A DNA stretch of 64,000 nt from Trueperaceae bacterium. Its GTDB lineage: Bacteria > Deinococcota > Deinococci > Deinococcales > Trueperaceae. The notes below the pieces were generated by a model. That model had not been told where the DNA came from. It did not search any database and saw only the letters and a program-made list of their open reading frames with translations. A program made the translations under genes and the position numbers. Location: the NCBI GenBank assembly GCA_965215565.1, contig CBDCDZ010000004.1:3936001-4000000 (forward strand), given 5' to 3'. Positions 48,505-58,373 of this stretch are shown in pieces (positions within the stretch are counted from its first letter, which is position 1; each line of letters begins with the position of its first letter).

Positions 48505-48742
48505 AAACCCTCCTTATAAGGCTAGTGTAACGTGCACTCTAGCAGAAAAAAAGGGCCGACCTCATACTGAAGATGTCGATGTTTGTGGAGTGTGCTATCC
48601 AAAGCTTCGGAGCCGCCTGGGGCAATGAAGTGTGCGTCGTTGATACTACGGCGATACCTTGTTACGTTAAGCGTTGCTTTCGTGCGAATTCCGGTTGATT
48701 CGCCCTCATGCGCGCGTCAATCCGAGTGGAGTTCGTGTCACT

Positions 48743-48897
48743 TAGCAGTTCCAAGACATACTGAGACGGATGAGCGCAGGTATCATCATCGAATGTGCGT
48801 GCTAGTTAGGCACTTTTCGCAAAGCGAAACGTCGTTTCATCTAGTGAGCGTGTTGCTTCGCACAACTTCGTACACTCAAACCAGATAATACCTGCTA
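48743..48897 (+). mobile_element. MITE-like copy with internal insertions, 155 bp
   Basis: TAGCAGTTCCAAGACATACTGAGACGGA...ACCAGATAATACCTGCTA. Confidence 0.8.
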
Positions 48898-48919
48898 ACT
48901 CAACCTCTCGGGAGGCGTC

Positions 48920-49714
48920 ATGGATTTGCAACTCACAGGTAAACAAGCGCTCGTCACCGGCTCAACGGCGGGCATCGGCTTCGCTATCGCTAAGCGGCTC
49001 GCGCACGAGGGCGCGTCCGTCATCGTGAATGGACGCACGCAAGAGCGCGTGGACGCGGCGGTAGCCAAGATTCAGCAGGACTCGCCCGAGGGCGAGGTAC
49101 TGGGCGCAGCCGCTGACCTCTCATCTGCCGAGGGCGTGCAGCGCGTGACCGAGGCGTACCCCGGTGTGGGCATCCTCGTCAACAACGTTGGTATGTTCGA
49201 TCCTAAGCCCTTCGTCGACATCTCGGACGACGAATGGCTGGACTTTTTCAAGCTCAACGTGCTCTCCGGCGTGCGGCTCTCGCGCTACTACCTGCCTAAG
49301 ATGAAAGAGCGGGGCTGGGGGCGCATCGTCTTTATTTCTTCGGAGTCCGCGGTTCATATTCCCGAAGAGATGATCCACTACGGGATGACCAAGACGGCGC
49401 AGATCGCGGTGGCGCGCGGTCTGGCGGAGACCACCGTAAAGAGCGGCGTCACGGTCAACTCGGTGCTGCCCGGTCCGACGCGCTCGGAGGGCATCGAGGC
49501 ATTCATCAGCGGCGTGGCGGAGGACCAGGGCGTGAGTTGGGACGAGATGGAGGCGCAGTTCTTCGAGACGGAGCGTCCGACGTCGCTCCTAAAGCGTTTT
49601 ATCGAGGTGGACGAGGTGGCGAACCTGACCGCGTACGTCTGCAGTCCGCTCTCGTCCGCGACGAACGGCGCGGCTTTGCGCGTGGACGGCGGCGTGGTGC
49701 GGGCGGTCTTCTAG
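48920..49714 (+). CDS. SDR-family oxidoreductase
   Basis: VTGSTAGIG, NNVG, ISSES, YGMTK, RVDGG. Confidence 0.92.
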   Translation: MDLQLTGKQALVTGSTAGIGFAIAKRLAHEGASVIVNGRTQERVDAAVAKIQQDSPEGEVLGAAADLSSAEGVQRVTEAYPGVGILVNNVGMFDPKPFVDISDDEWLDFFKLNVLSGVRLSRYYLPKMKERGWGRIVFISSESAVHIPEEMIHYGMTKTAQIAVARGLAETTVKSGVTVNSVLPGPTRSEGIEAFISGVAEDQGVSWDEMEAQFFETERPTSLLKRFIEVDEVANLTAYVCSPLSSATNGAALRVDGGVVRAVF

Positions 49715-49715
49715 G

Positions 49716-50669
49716 TTGGGGGCTCGAGCGGAAAAAACGAGCGCAGACGAACCCGGAGTGCGCTTCGTGGTGAACGACGAGCGGTTGAGCGCCGCCCTCC
49801 TTCATGACCTTTACGGCGCTGTGGAGTGGAACGCCCAAAGTAAGCGAACCCACGCTAAAACGGAGAAGATGCTGCATTCTTCCTGGTATGTCGCTGCGTG
49901 GTCCGAGGGACGGCTCGTCGGCTTCGGGCGGATTCTGGCGGACCCCTACACCGCGCAAATCTTGGACGTGATGACGCACCCCGGCTACTGGAAAACCGGG
50001 ATTGCGTCGGGCGTGATGGCGCGGCTGCTGGACTACGCGAGAGGTCGATTCCTGAGCGTGACGCTCGTCGCGCCGAGCGGCTTGGAGGGGTTCTATGCCC
50101 GCTTCGGCTTCGACGTGGCGAGCCCCCGAAGCGACGCGCTGATGATTTTGACAGACGCGCAGCAAGCTGCGGGAGATGTGGGTACCCAAAAGACGGAAAT
50201 CGACGAAAGCTGGTACGAGCGTCCTAGAGACGAACGCGGAGACGAAGTGAGCGAACGGCTCGCAGCGGGCGGCGTCGTGGTCCGCGTGGAGGGCGAACGC
50301 CTAAAGGTGGCGCTCGTGCGTGAGGCGGGGCTCGGCCGCGTCATCTTGCCCAAAGGTGGCGTGGAAGTCGGTGAGGACGTGTTGGCAGCGGCGGAGCGCG
50401 AAATCGCGGAGGAGGCTGGCATCACTGACCTCAGAATGGTCCTCAAACTCGGCGTGAAAGAGCGGCTGTCTTACGACAAAAAACGCTGGACGGTGACGCA
50501 CTACTTCCTCTTCTCCACGGAGCAAGTCGAGGGCACGCTGAGCAACGACGCGCACGACTACCGGCTCGAGTGGCACGATTTAGCCAGCCTGCCGCCGATG
50601 TTTTGGCCCGAACAAAGGGCGCTCATCGAGATGAACAGGGAGACCATCAGGATGTTTCTAGCGCCTTGA
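49716..50669 (+). CDS. GNAT acetyltransferase-NUDIX hydrolase fusion
   Basis: LVGFGR...HPGYWKTGIAS...FYARFGF then LPKGGVEVGEDVLAAAEREIAEEAG; exact start uncertain. Confidence 0.8.
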   Translation: MGARAEKTSADEPGVRFVVNDERLSAALLHDLYGAVEWNAQSKRTHAKTEKMLHSSWYVAAWSEGRLVGFGRILADPYTAQILDVMTHPGYWKTGIASGVMARLLDYARGRFLSVTLVAPSGLEGFYARFGFDVASPRSDALMILTDAQQAAGDVGTQKTEIDESWYERPRDERGDEVSERLAAGGVVVRVEGERLKVALVREAGLGRVILPKGGVEVGEDVLAAAEREIAEEAGITDLRMVLKLGVKERLSYDKKRWTVTHYFLFSTEQVEGTLSNDAHDYRLEWHDLASLPPMFWPEQRALIEMNRETIRMFLAP

Positions 50670-50757
50670 CGGGCTCGAGCTTAGCGAGGTTTTGAAAACA
50701 TTCAATGTTAGGGTTGCCGTATCTACTCAGGTAAGGGATTTTAGCTCCTGGTGCGTA

Positions 50758-50919
50758 TAGCAGGTATCATCTGGTTTGAAACACTCTTACTGTCCGAAGC
50801 GACGTTTAACACGCACATTCGGTGATGATGCCTTTGGCGTTGCCAAAACTTCCGTCTCCCGCCTTTGGCGGAAGCCTACGGAAAGCGGCATTCTGTCTCA
50901 GTATGTTTTGGAACTACTA
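50758..50919 (-). mobile_element. MITE-like copy (reverse) with internal insertion, 162 bp
   Basis: TAGCAGGTATCATCTGGT...TCTCAGTATGTTTTGGAACTACTA. Confidence 0.8.
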
Positions 50920-51012
50920 AGAGAAGAAAAGCCTCGAGCCTGACCTAAACCTCTACGCCGCGTGCATGTTCCCTTACATCAAAACCTTAAAATTTAAGGT
51001 ATATTCGAGTCC

Positions 51013-52443
51013 GTGACTCATCCAAGAACCCAAGTCGTCTGGTTCAAGCGAGATTTGCGCGTAAGCGACCACGCCCCGCTGTGGGAGGCGTCGCGGCGCG
51101 GTCCCGTCCTGTGCCTCTACGGCTACGAGCCCGAACTCTACAACGAAGAGGTCGACGCTTCGCACATCGAATTTATCAACCAGTCGCTCTTAGACTTAGA
51201 CGTGAGGCTCAGCGAGCTTGGCAACAAGATGACCTACCGCGTCGGCGAGGTGACGCAAGTTTTAGAAGCACTTCGCGCGCAACTCGGTTCCTTCACCCTC
51301 TGGAGCCACGAGGAGACGGGCAACGCACTGACCTATCGCCGCGACAAGCGCGTGAAAGCGTGGGCAAAGGCGAGGGGCGTCCGCTGGGTAGAGGTGCCTC
51401 AACCCGGCGTCACAAGAGGGTTGCAAGACAGACGTGGTTGGGGCGACACGTGGCGGCGGCAGATGAAGGTGCGGCTCGCGCCGACGCCCTCACATCTCGC
51501 GCCGGTGCCCGGCGTCGCCCCCGAAGTGGTTCGCACGCCCGTGGATTTAGGCTTGCCGCCGAGTAGCAAAGTCGAGGCGCGGCTGGGCGGCGAAACGCAG
51601 GCGAGGCTCGAGCTAAAGACGTTTTTAAGCCACAGGGGGCGCAGCTACTACGTCGAAATGTCGAGCCCCGAGAGCGCGAGGCGCGCGTGCAGCCAGTTGG
51701 GTCCGTATCTGTCATTCGGCAACCTCTCCACCAAAGAGGTCTATCAGAAAGCGACGCGGCAGTTGGACACTTTAGAGGTCTTGAAGCTGGAGGGCGCGCC
51801 CTATGACTGGCGCTGGCTGCGCTCCCTGACCTCGTTTCAGTCGCGGCTGCGCTGGCGCTGCCACTTCATTCAGAAGCTCGAGTCGAATCCGAGCTTGGAG
51901 TTTGGCAGCTTAGACCCCAGATTCGACCTCTTAGAAGACACGCATCGTCAAGACCTCTTCGACGCCTGGTGCGCCGGGCGGACGGGCTATCCGCTCGTGG
52001 ACGCCTGTATGCGCGCGCTGCACCGGAGCGGCTGGATCAACTTTCGGATGCGCGCGATGCTCGTCTCCTTTGCTACCCATCATTTGGGGTTACACTGGCG
52101 ACAGGTGGGTATCTACACCGCTAAGCACTTTCTGGACATGGAGCCGGGCATCCACTGGTCACAACATCAGATGCAAGCGGGCACGACGGGACGCGGTACG
52201 CTCCGCATCTACAACCCCGTCAAACAGGCGCAGGAGCGCGACCCGGCAGGCGCGTTTATCCGCCGCTACGTGAACGAACTCCGCCCGCTGCCGACGCCCT
52301 ACCTCGCCGAGCCGCACAAAACGCCGCCCCTCACACAAGGGATGCTCGGGTGCGTCATCGGGCAGGATTACCCCGCGCCTATTGTAGACGCGAAGCGGAG
52401 TTACCGTGAGGCAAAGGCGCGCCTGAGCGCGGTGCGTTCGTAG
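51013..52443 (+). CDS. Cryptochrome/DNA photolyase-family protein
   Basis: WFKRDLRVSDH, SQLGPYLSFG, GRTGYPLVDACMR, GWINFRMRAM, RIYNP. Confidence 0.92.
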   Translation: MTHPRTQVVWFKRDLRVSDHAPLWEASRRGPVLCLYGYEPELYNEEVDASHIEFINQSLLDLDVRLSELGNKMTYRVGEVTQVLEALRAQLGSFTLWSHEETGNALTYRRDKRVKAWAKARGVRWVEVPQPGVTRGLQDRRGWGDTWRRQMKVRLAPTPSHLAPVPGVAPEVVRTPVDLGLPPSSKVEARLGGETQARLELKTFLSHRGRSYYVEMSSPESARRACSQLGPYLSFGNLSTKEVYQKATRQLDTLEVLKLEGAPYDWRWLRSLTSFQSRLRWRCHFIQKLESNPSLEFGSLDPRFDLLEDTHRQDLFDAWCAGRTGYPLVDACMRALHRSGWINFRMRAMLVSFATHHLGLHWRQVGIYTAKHFLDMEPGIHWSQHQMQAGTTGRGTLRIYNPVKQAQERDPAGAFIRRYVNELRPLPTPYLAEPHKTPPLTQGMLGCVIGQDYPAPIVDAKRSYREAKARLSAVRS

Positions 52444-52491
52444 CGGACGAACCTTCCTCGCACCTTTGTCCCAGGGTGCTACACTCTCTCC

Positions 52492-53226
52492 ATGAGCCGC
52501 AAAGGGCACGAGTTTTTTGACGACGAAGAGGTCTTAGCGACCTACACGTCTCGCCGGGCGCTGCCCACCAGCCCAAACGAAACCATCGAATACCCTATCT
52601 TCCGAGAGCTGATTGGCGAGGTTAGGGACCTAGACGTGCTCGATTTGGGCTGCGGCGAGGCGGAATTTGGTCAAGAACTGTTGGGTAGGGGGATAAGGTC
52701 ATACGTGGGGCTCGAGGCGTCCGAAAAGATGGCGAGCTTAGCGGAGGAGAGGCTGAAGGGTCTTAACGCTGGGGTTGTGCGCTCCACAATCGAAGCGTAC
52801 GACTTCGCGCCCACCTCTTTCGGTCTCATCATCTCGCAACTCGTTTTACACTACATTCAAGACCTCTTGACGACGTTCGAACATATCTATAGAACACTCG
52901 AGCCGGGCGGCAGGTTCATCTTCTCCGTAGAACACCCCGTCATCACCTCTTGCTCGCAGAGCTTACGAATTTCAGAGCGGCGCACCGCTTGGCTCGTGGA
53001 TGATTACTTTAAGACGGGCGAGCGCAGCCACCCTTGGATGGGCAAAGAGGTCATTAAGTACCACCGCACGGTGGAGGATTATTTTTCTACGTTGCAAGAG
53101 GCTGGTTTCATAGTTGAGACGTTGCGCGAGTCGTGCCCTCGGCGGGAGCACAGCGTGGACGCGGAGGAATACGAGCGGCGCTTGCGGATTCCGCTGTTTA
53201 TCTTTTTTGCGGCGAGAAAGGGTTAG
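52492..53226 (+). CDS. Class I SAM-dependent methyltransferase
   Basis: VLDLGCG, LVLHYI, LEPGGRFIFSVEHP. Confidence 0.9.
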   Translation: MSRKGHEFFDDEEVLATYTSRRALPTSPNETIEYPIFRELIGEVRDLDVLDLGCGEAEFGQELLGRGIRSYVGLEASEKMASLAEERLKGLNAGVVRSTIEAYDFAPTSFGLIISQLVLHYIQDLLTTFEHIYRTLEPGGRFIFSVEHPVITSCSQSLRISERRTAWLVDDYFKTGERSHPWMGKEVIKYHRTVEDYFSTLQEAGFIVETLRESCPRREHSVDAEEYERRLRIPLFIFFAARKG

Positions 53227-53672
53227 CTCAATTTTTTCGGTGCTTCTCTTGCGTTGTCCCACCGCTCACGTAGCGTCGCAAAGCCCGCCTCCAGCCTCCC
53301 CTTATTCATCACTACCTGCGTCGTCGTTCCTTCCCCAACCTTATCGCCAAGTTCATTCGACGCTTCGCAACGTGCGTAGATGCGCCCCTTCTCGGTGCGG
53401 AGGTGTTGGGCGGTGAGTCTCACCTCCATCCCCGGTAGAGCAGATGCTAAGTGCTTCACCGTGACCTCAAAGCCGATACCCTCTTCGTTCTCTTCCAAAA
53501 AGGGGAGGATGAGTTTTCTCGAGACCAGTTCCATGTGTTTGGTCAGCCAGTACGTTGCGTATACCGGATGGAGCTTGCCGAGTTCGGGCTCAGCTTGCTC
53601 GAAGTCTACGGTCATATTCTCAGAAACGATGAGCGTGTGTGTGGCGGTGGTGCCTTTAGGAATCGGTTTCAT
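53223..53672 (-). CDS. FlK-like hotdog thioesterase
   Basis: HPVYATYW..HMELVSR...EEGIG..V.VKHLASALPGM; start moved to ATG 53672. Confidence 0.8.
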   Translation of the reverse strand: MKPIPKGTTATHTLIVSENMTVDFEQAEPELGKLHPVYATYWLTKHMELVSRKLILPFLEENEEGIGFEVTVKHLASALPGMEVRLTAQHLRTEKGRIYARCEASNELGDKVGEGTTTQVVMNKGRLEAGFATLRERWDNAREAPKKLS

Positions 53673-53676
53673 CAGC

Positions 53677-54261
53677 CTACCGTTGTTTAGGCGTTTCAAA
53701 GTCAATTTGAAAATAGACTTCGCTCAGCCTTAGTGTGCAGCTAATCGTAGGTAGAGGTGCGGTAGCCTCTAAACCTGAGTACTCTCTAAAGAGCCAGGAA
53801 TCATCTTCTTGACGTTCGAATACCTCGACAAGAGGCTCGTGCTGAGAAATGAGCACGTAAGTCTGTAGTGAACTCAATGTGCGGTAGCGTCTGAACTTCT
53901 CGCCCCTATCGTAACCTTTGGTAGAGGGCGACAGAATTTCGGTAATGAAGGTTGGATTGAGGAGGATGTCACGTCTAATGTCAGCAAACTCAGTTTTTCC
54001 GCAGACGACGAGCACATCAGGGTAAACGTAGCACTTGGCAACCTCAGTGCGCATTTGGCTCACAAAGATGTAGCTTGACGTTTCTCTAAGCTGTAATCCT
54101 AATTCGGTTGTGCAATTTACAGAGATGAGACAGTGGTTTTGATTTGCACCTGTCAGTGGAGAGATTTCACCATCAACAAATTCACTTTTGTATTCGGCTT
54201 GGCGTTCAAGCTCGAGATACTCCTCCGCCGTATACCGCTTGTCCTTAACGCGCAGAGCCAT
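53677..54261 (-). CDS. Uma2-family endonuclease-like protein
   Basis: EYLELER..EYKSEFVDG, YPDV, EILSPST.GYDRGEKF. Confidence 0.9.
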   Translation of the reverse strand: MALRVKDKRYTAEEYLELERQAEYKSEFVDGEISPLTGANQNHCLISVNCTTELGLQLRETSSYIFVSQMRTEVAKCYVYPDVLVVCGKTEFADIRRDILLNPTFITEILSPSTKGYDRGEKFRRYRTLSSLQTYVLISQHEPLVEVFERQEDDSWLFREYSGLEATAPLPTISCTLRLSEVYFQIDFETPKQR

Positions 54262-54299
54262 GGCTCAGTCTAACGGTTCTTCTTATCGTCCGCTTCAAC

Positions 54300-54872
54300 T
54301 TACTCAAAGTCAATTCTGTCGTAGACCTCTTCCAGCCTAAGCTCACAGCCGATGCTAGGTAAGGGGATGCTGGAGTCTAATCCCGCATATTCAGTGAGAA
54401 CCCAGCGTTCACCTTGCCGCTCGAAAACTTCTGAAAACGCTCTGTCTTGCGAAACGAGCACATAGGTCTGTAAGGAGTTGAGCTTACGGTAATGCTCGAA
54501 CTTTTCTCCTCTGTCGTAGCCTTGAGTAGACGGTGACAGAATCTCGATCACGAGGGTCGGGTTCTTCAGCGTATCTTGGGTCTCGCTCGTGAAATCAAGC
54601 TCACCGCAGGTCACGACGACATCGGGGTAAAAGTAGCGTGTGGAGTCGGAGAGTTGTACGCGCACGTCACTTGGATAGGTCTCGCACTGTTTTCCTCTAA
54701 GCTGTCGTCTAAACTCTGCGCCGATGTTAAGCGTGATGAGGCTATGAGGTCTGCTCGCCCCCGCCAGCGCAAAAATCCCACCGTTTACAAACTCGCTTTT
54801 GTATTCGGCTCGGCGCTCGAGTTCCAAGTACTCCGCCGCCGTGTACCGCTTGTCCTTGACAGGTAAAGCCAT
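54300..54872 (-). CDS. Uma2-family endonuclease-like protein (tandem paralogue)
   Basis: Same motifs as neighbour. Confidence 0.9.
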   Translation of the reverse strand: MALPVKDKRYTAAEYLELERRAEYKSEFVNGGIFALAGASRPHSLITLNIGAEFRRQLRGKQCETYPSDVRVQLSDSTRYFYPDVVVTCGELDFTSETQDTLKNPTLVIEILSPSTQGYDRGEKFEHYRKLNSLQTYVLVSQDRAFSEVFERQGERWVLTEYAGLDSSIPLPSIGCELRLEEVYDRIDFE

Positions 54873-54880
54873 ACCCTATT

Positions 54881-56236
54881 CTACAAGTTCCTTTCGTCCA
54901 CAATCCGCCGCAGCTTCCCGCCCGCACTCCTGGGCGCACTCCCCGGCGCTAAGAGGTTGACCTTGATGTTGACGCCTACGGTGTCTTTGATTTTGTGCTG
55001 CACCTTATCGCGTAAGTCGCTCAGGTATTGATTGGTCTCGAGCAATTCCTCAGATAACACCTCTTGACCACCTTTTTGTTTCACGTGGTCAAAGGCATCT
55101 TGGGACAGCTCGAGCCTCAGTTCACACGTGTCGAGAGTGCCTTGGCGAGAGAGTGCCAGTTGATAGTGCATCGCCACGCCCTGCACGCGCTGCAAGACCT
55201 CTTCTATCTGCGTCGGGTAGAGGTTCACGCCGCGCACGATGATCATGTCGTCACTGCGCCCCTTGATCATCCCCATGCGCGCGTGCGTCCGCCCGGACGC
55301 GCCCACGTCGCGCCGCAAGTGGGTGATGTCACCCGTCCAGTAGCGCAGCAGCGGCAGCGCCTCTTTCGTGAGCGTCGTAATGACTAAAACGCCGTCTTCG
55401 CCCTCTGCTACGGGTTCGCCCGTTTCAGGATGCAAGATTTCAGGATAGAAGTGATCTTCCCAGACGTATGAGCCCTCCTGCTCGTTCACGTCCTCGTTCG
55501 ACACGCCTGGACCGATAATTTCGGAGAGCCCGTAGATATTCGTCGCCTTGACACCTAAGCCCGCTTCGACGTCAGTGCGAATGGCGTCCGTCCAGGGCTC
55601 GGCACCTAACACGGCAACCTCTAAACTCGTCTCTTCAGGGGCAACCCCTCTTTCCCGCATCGCCTCGGCTAAGGTCTGCGCGTAAGAGGGTGTGCACGAT
55701 ATGACCTTGGGCTGCAAGTCCTGAATCAGCGTCACCTGCCGCTCGGTCATCCCGCCTGAGACCGGAATCACCATGAGCCCCAACCGCTCGCCGCCGTAGT
55801 GAAGCCCCAAGCCGCCCGTGAAGAGCCCGTAGCCGTAGGCGTTGTGAAAGACCATCCCCGGCTCCGCGCCCGCCGCCGCCAAGCACCGCGCGTTGACCTC
55901 TGCAAAAGTTTCGATATCCTTTTTTGTATAACCGACGATGGTCGGTCTACCCGTCGTGCCGCTGCTTGCGTGGATGCGAGAGACCTCTTCCATCGGTACG
56001 GCGAAGAGCCCGGTGGGATAATTGTCGCGCAGGTCGGTCTTCTTGGTGATAGGGAGCTTGGTGATGTCGTTGATAGTCCTGATATCACCCGGCTTTATAC
56101 CTCTTTCGTCCAGCGCGGTTTTGTAAAAGGGGACACGCTCGTAGACGTAGTGAACTAAGTTTTGTAGACGTTCATTTTGCAACGTGCGGAGTTCGTTTTG
56201 GGGGAGGGTTTCGATGTCGGGTTGAAACATACTCAC
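54881..56236 (-). CDS. paaK: Phenylacetate-CoA ligase
   Basis: RIHASSGTTG.P, AYGYGLFTGGLG, GAEPW, IYGLSEIIGPGV, WEDHFYPE, GRSDDMIIVRGVN. Confidence 0.93.
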   Translation of the reverse strand: MSMFQPDIETLPQNELRTLQNERLQNLVHYVYERVPFYKTALDERGIKPGDIRTINDITKLPITKKTDLRDNYPTGLFAVPMEEVSRIHASSGTTGRPTIVGYTKKDIETFAEVNARCLAAAGAEPGMVFHNAYGYGLFTGGLGLHYGGERLGLMVIPVSGGMTERQVTLIQDLQPKVISCTPSYAQTLAEAMRERGVAPEETSLEVAVLGAEPWTDAIRTDVEAGLGVKATNIYGLSEIIGPGVSNEDVNEQEGSYVWEDHFYPEILHPETGEPVAEGEDGVLVITTLTKEALPLLRYWTGDITHLRRDVGASGRTHARMGMIKGRSDDMIIVRGVNLYPTQIEEVLQRVQGVAMHYQLALSRQGTLDTCELRLELSQDAFDHVKQKGGQEVLSEELLETNQYLSDLRDKVQHKIKDTVGVNIKVNLLAPGSAPRSAGGKLRRIVDERNL

Positions 56237-56652
56237 GCTCCTACTCGAGAGGTCAAAATTCGCAAGAGGTTGGTAAAGAAGGGCTCGAGGTCACGAACGT
56301 CGTCATAGAAAATAATCTCTTCCGAAATTCCTCGTAAGGTCTCTGAAATATCACTTCCACGCTTTGCTACCGTCACCACTGGAATGCCTTTAGCGCAAGC
56401 ATACCCCGTCTCGATACCGAGCCCGACGCCCTTTTCGCTCAGTTCGATAATAACGAGGTCGCACTCGCCAATGAGGTCGAAGGTTTTTTTCATGAGGTCT
56501 CGAGCCTCAAATTTGACCTCGCCCCATTTTTCTAAATCTCGAGCCACGCAAGCGGTTGTTGCACCACACCGAGCGAGCACCTCAGAAATGCCTTCGATGA
56601 CCTCTCGGTTACGGTTGTCAGCGTGATACTTGACGCCCAAATACGCCCTCAT
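56233..56652 (-). CDS. Nucleoside 2-deoxyribosyltransferase-like protein
   Basis: CDLVIIELSEKGVGLGIETGYACAKGIPV; start moved to ATG 56652. Confidence 0.75.
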   Translation of the reverse strand: MRAYLGVKYHADNRNREVIEGISEVLARCGATTACVARDLEKWGEVKFEARDLMKKTFDLIGECDLVIIELSEKGVGLGIETGYACAKGIPVVTVAKRGSDISETLRGISEEIIFYDDVRDLEPFFTNLLRILTSRVGA

Positions 56653-57017
56653 AGCGGGACGACTTGCACCGCGACAGCCTGCCAACGTCCCTCTCGCTTG
56701 GCATAGATGCGAGTAAAGCGTTGCTGGATGAAATCATCTGCCGTTTTGATTGTGACCTGTCCGGTTGTGACCGCCGCACCTCCGAAGAGGTACACCGCTC
56801 CCTCTTCAAAGGTGCTCTGGACCTCTTCGGGGGGCGGGGCTTGGCGCTGGGACTCGAGCAGGACCTCTTTGGTGATGACTTCATGCGCGAGCGTCAGCCC
56901 AACCCAGTTATCGGCTAAAACCTCGCTCAGCGCCACCAAATCCCTCTCTTGGTAGGCTCTATTCCAAGCCTGGTCAAGCTGCTTGACCTCTGCACTACCC
57001 GATACGAAATCAGACAC
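56649..57017 (-). CDS. NTF2-like / DUF4440 protein
   Basis: AWNRAY..RD...L.EVLAD...AVTTG...RFTRIYAKREGRWQ. Confidence 0.8.
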   Translation of the reverse strand: MSDFVSGSAEVKQLDQAWNRAYQERDLVALSEVLADNWVGLTLAHEVITKEVLLESQRQAPPPEEVQSTFEEGAVYLFGGAAVTTGQVTIKTADDFIQQRFTRIYAKREGRWQAVAVQVVPL

Positions 57018-58227
57018 GCTCTACCACCATTGCGATACCCTGACCCACGCCGATGCACATGGTTGCCAAGCCGAACTGGACCTCTTCGCGGCGCTTCATC
57101 TCAAAGAGGAGCGTCGTGAGGATGCGCGCGCCCGAGCAGCCGAGTGGATGACCGAGGGCAATCGCGCCGCCGTTCGGGTTGAAGCGCGTGTCGCCTGGGT
57201 CAATCCCTAAGTCACGCAGCACGGCTAGGGCTTGCGCGGCGAAGGCTTCGTTGAGTTCGATCAAGCCAGCATCATTTAGAGTAATCTTTGCACGCGCCAG
57301 CGCCTTGCGCGTCGCTGCCACCGGACCGATGCCCATGACGCGCGGCGGCACGCCCGCCACAGCCATGCTCTTGACCTTGGCGAGAGGGGTCAAGCCGTGC
57401 GCGCTGGCGTAGTCTTTTGAGACAACGAGCACGGCGGCGGCTCCGTCGTTGAGCGTGCTGCTGTTGCCCGCCGTCACGCTGCCCCCCTCGCGGAATACGG
57501 CGCGGAGCTTGCCGAGTTTTTCTAAAGAGGTGTCGGGGCGCGGTCCTTCGTCGGTATCGACGGTCGTGTTTGACTTGCGAGTTTGGACCTCGACGGGGAC
57601 GATTTCGTCCCCAAAGCGCCCTGCCTGAATTGCGGCGAGCGCTTTTTGGTGGCTCTTTAGCGCGAACGCGTCTTGTGCCTCGCGCGAGACGCGGTAGTCC
57701 TCCGCCAAGTTCTCCGCCGTCTCGCCCATCGCCTCGGTGCCGTAACATGCTTTCATTTTAGGGTTCACAAAACGCCAGCCGAGCGTGGTGTCGTACGCCG
57801 TGACGTTGCCCGTCGGGAAGGGGCGTTCGCTTTTGGGTAGCGCCCAGGGTGCGCGGCTCATCGACTCGACGCCCGCGCCGATGTAGGCGTGCGCCTCGCC
57901 GAGTATGACCGCGCGCGCCGCGCTCGCCACCGCGTCCAAGCCGCTGCCGCACAAGCGGTTGATGGTCGTGCCCGCCACCTCGGTTGGAAAACCCGCCAAA
58001 AGTGCACACATCCGCGCGACGTTGCGGTTGTCCTCGCCCGCCTGGTTCGCGCAGCCCATATAAACGTCTTCGATGTCGGCTTTCGGCGTGCCTGACCTCT
58101 TTAAGAGTTCGTCAAGGACGGCTGCGCCCAAGTCGTCAGGGCGGACGCTCGAGAGTGCGCCGCCGTGCCGCCCGATGGGGGTACGCACCGCTTCGACTAA
58201 ATAGGCTTCGGTCACATGTCGCTCCAT
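57010..58227 (-). CDS. paaJ: Acetyl-CoA C-acyltransferase (PaaJ/PcaF-type thiolase)
   Basis: GCANQAGEDNRNVARM, NRLCGSGL, NEAFA, GHPLGCSG, MCIGVGQG; upstream of paaK. Confidence 0.88.
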   Translation of the reverse strand: MERHVTEAYLVEAVRTPIGRHGGALSSVRPDDLGAAVLDELLKRSGTPKADIEDVYMGCANQAGEDNRNVARMCALLAGFPTEVAGTTINRLCGSGLDAVASAARAVILGEAHAYIGAGVESMSRAPWALPKSERPFPTGNVTAYDTTLGWRFVNPKMKACYGTEAMGETAENLAEDYRVSREAQDAFALKSHQKALAAIQAGRFGDEIVPVEVQTRKSNTTVDTDEGPRPDTSLEKLGKLRAVFREGGSVTAGNSSTLNDGAAAVLVVSKDYASAHGLTPLAKVKSMAVAGVPPRVMGIGPVAATRKALARAKITLNDAGLIELNEAFAAQALAVLRDLGIDPGDTRFNPNGGAIALGHPLGCSGARILTTLLFEMKRREEVQFGLATMCIGVGQGIAMVVERV

Positions 58228-58262
58228 TTCGCTAACAAACGTTCGTTATTTGTAGGTTCATC

Positions 58263-58373
58263 TAGCAGTTCCAAAACATACTGAGACGGATGAGCGCAGG
58301 TATCATCCCTTAAAGTGCGTGCTAGACATTGTTTTGTAAAGTGAGAGTGTCTCTGACCAGATGATACCTGCTA
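58263..58373 (+). mobile_element. 111-bp MITE-like copy
   Basis: TAGCAGTTCCAAAACATACTGAGACGGATGAGCGCAGGTATCATC...ACCAGATGATACCTGCTA. Confidence 0.85.
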
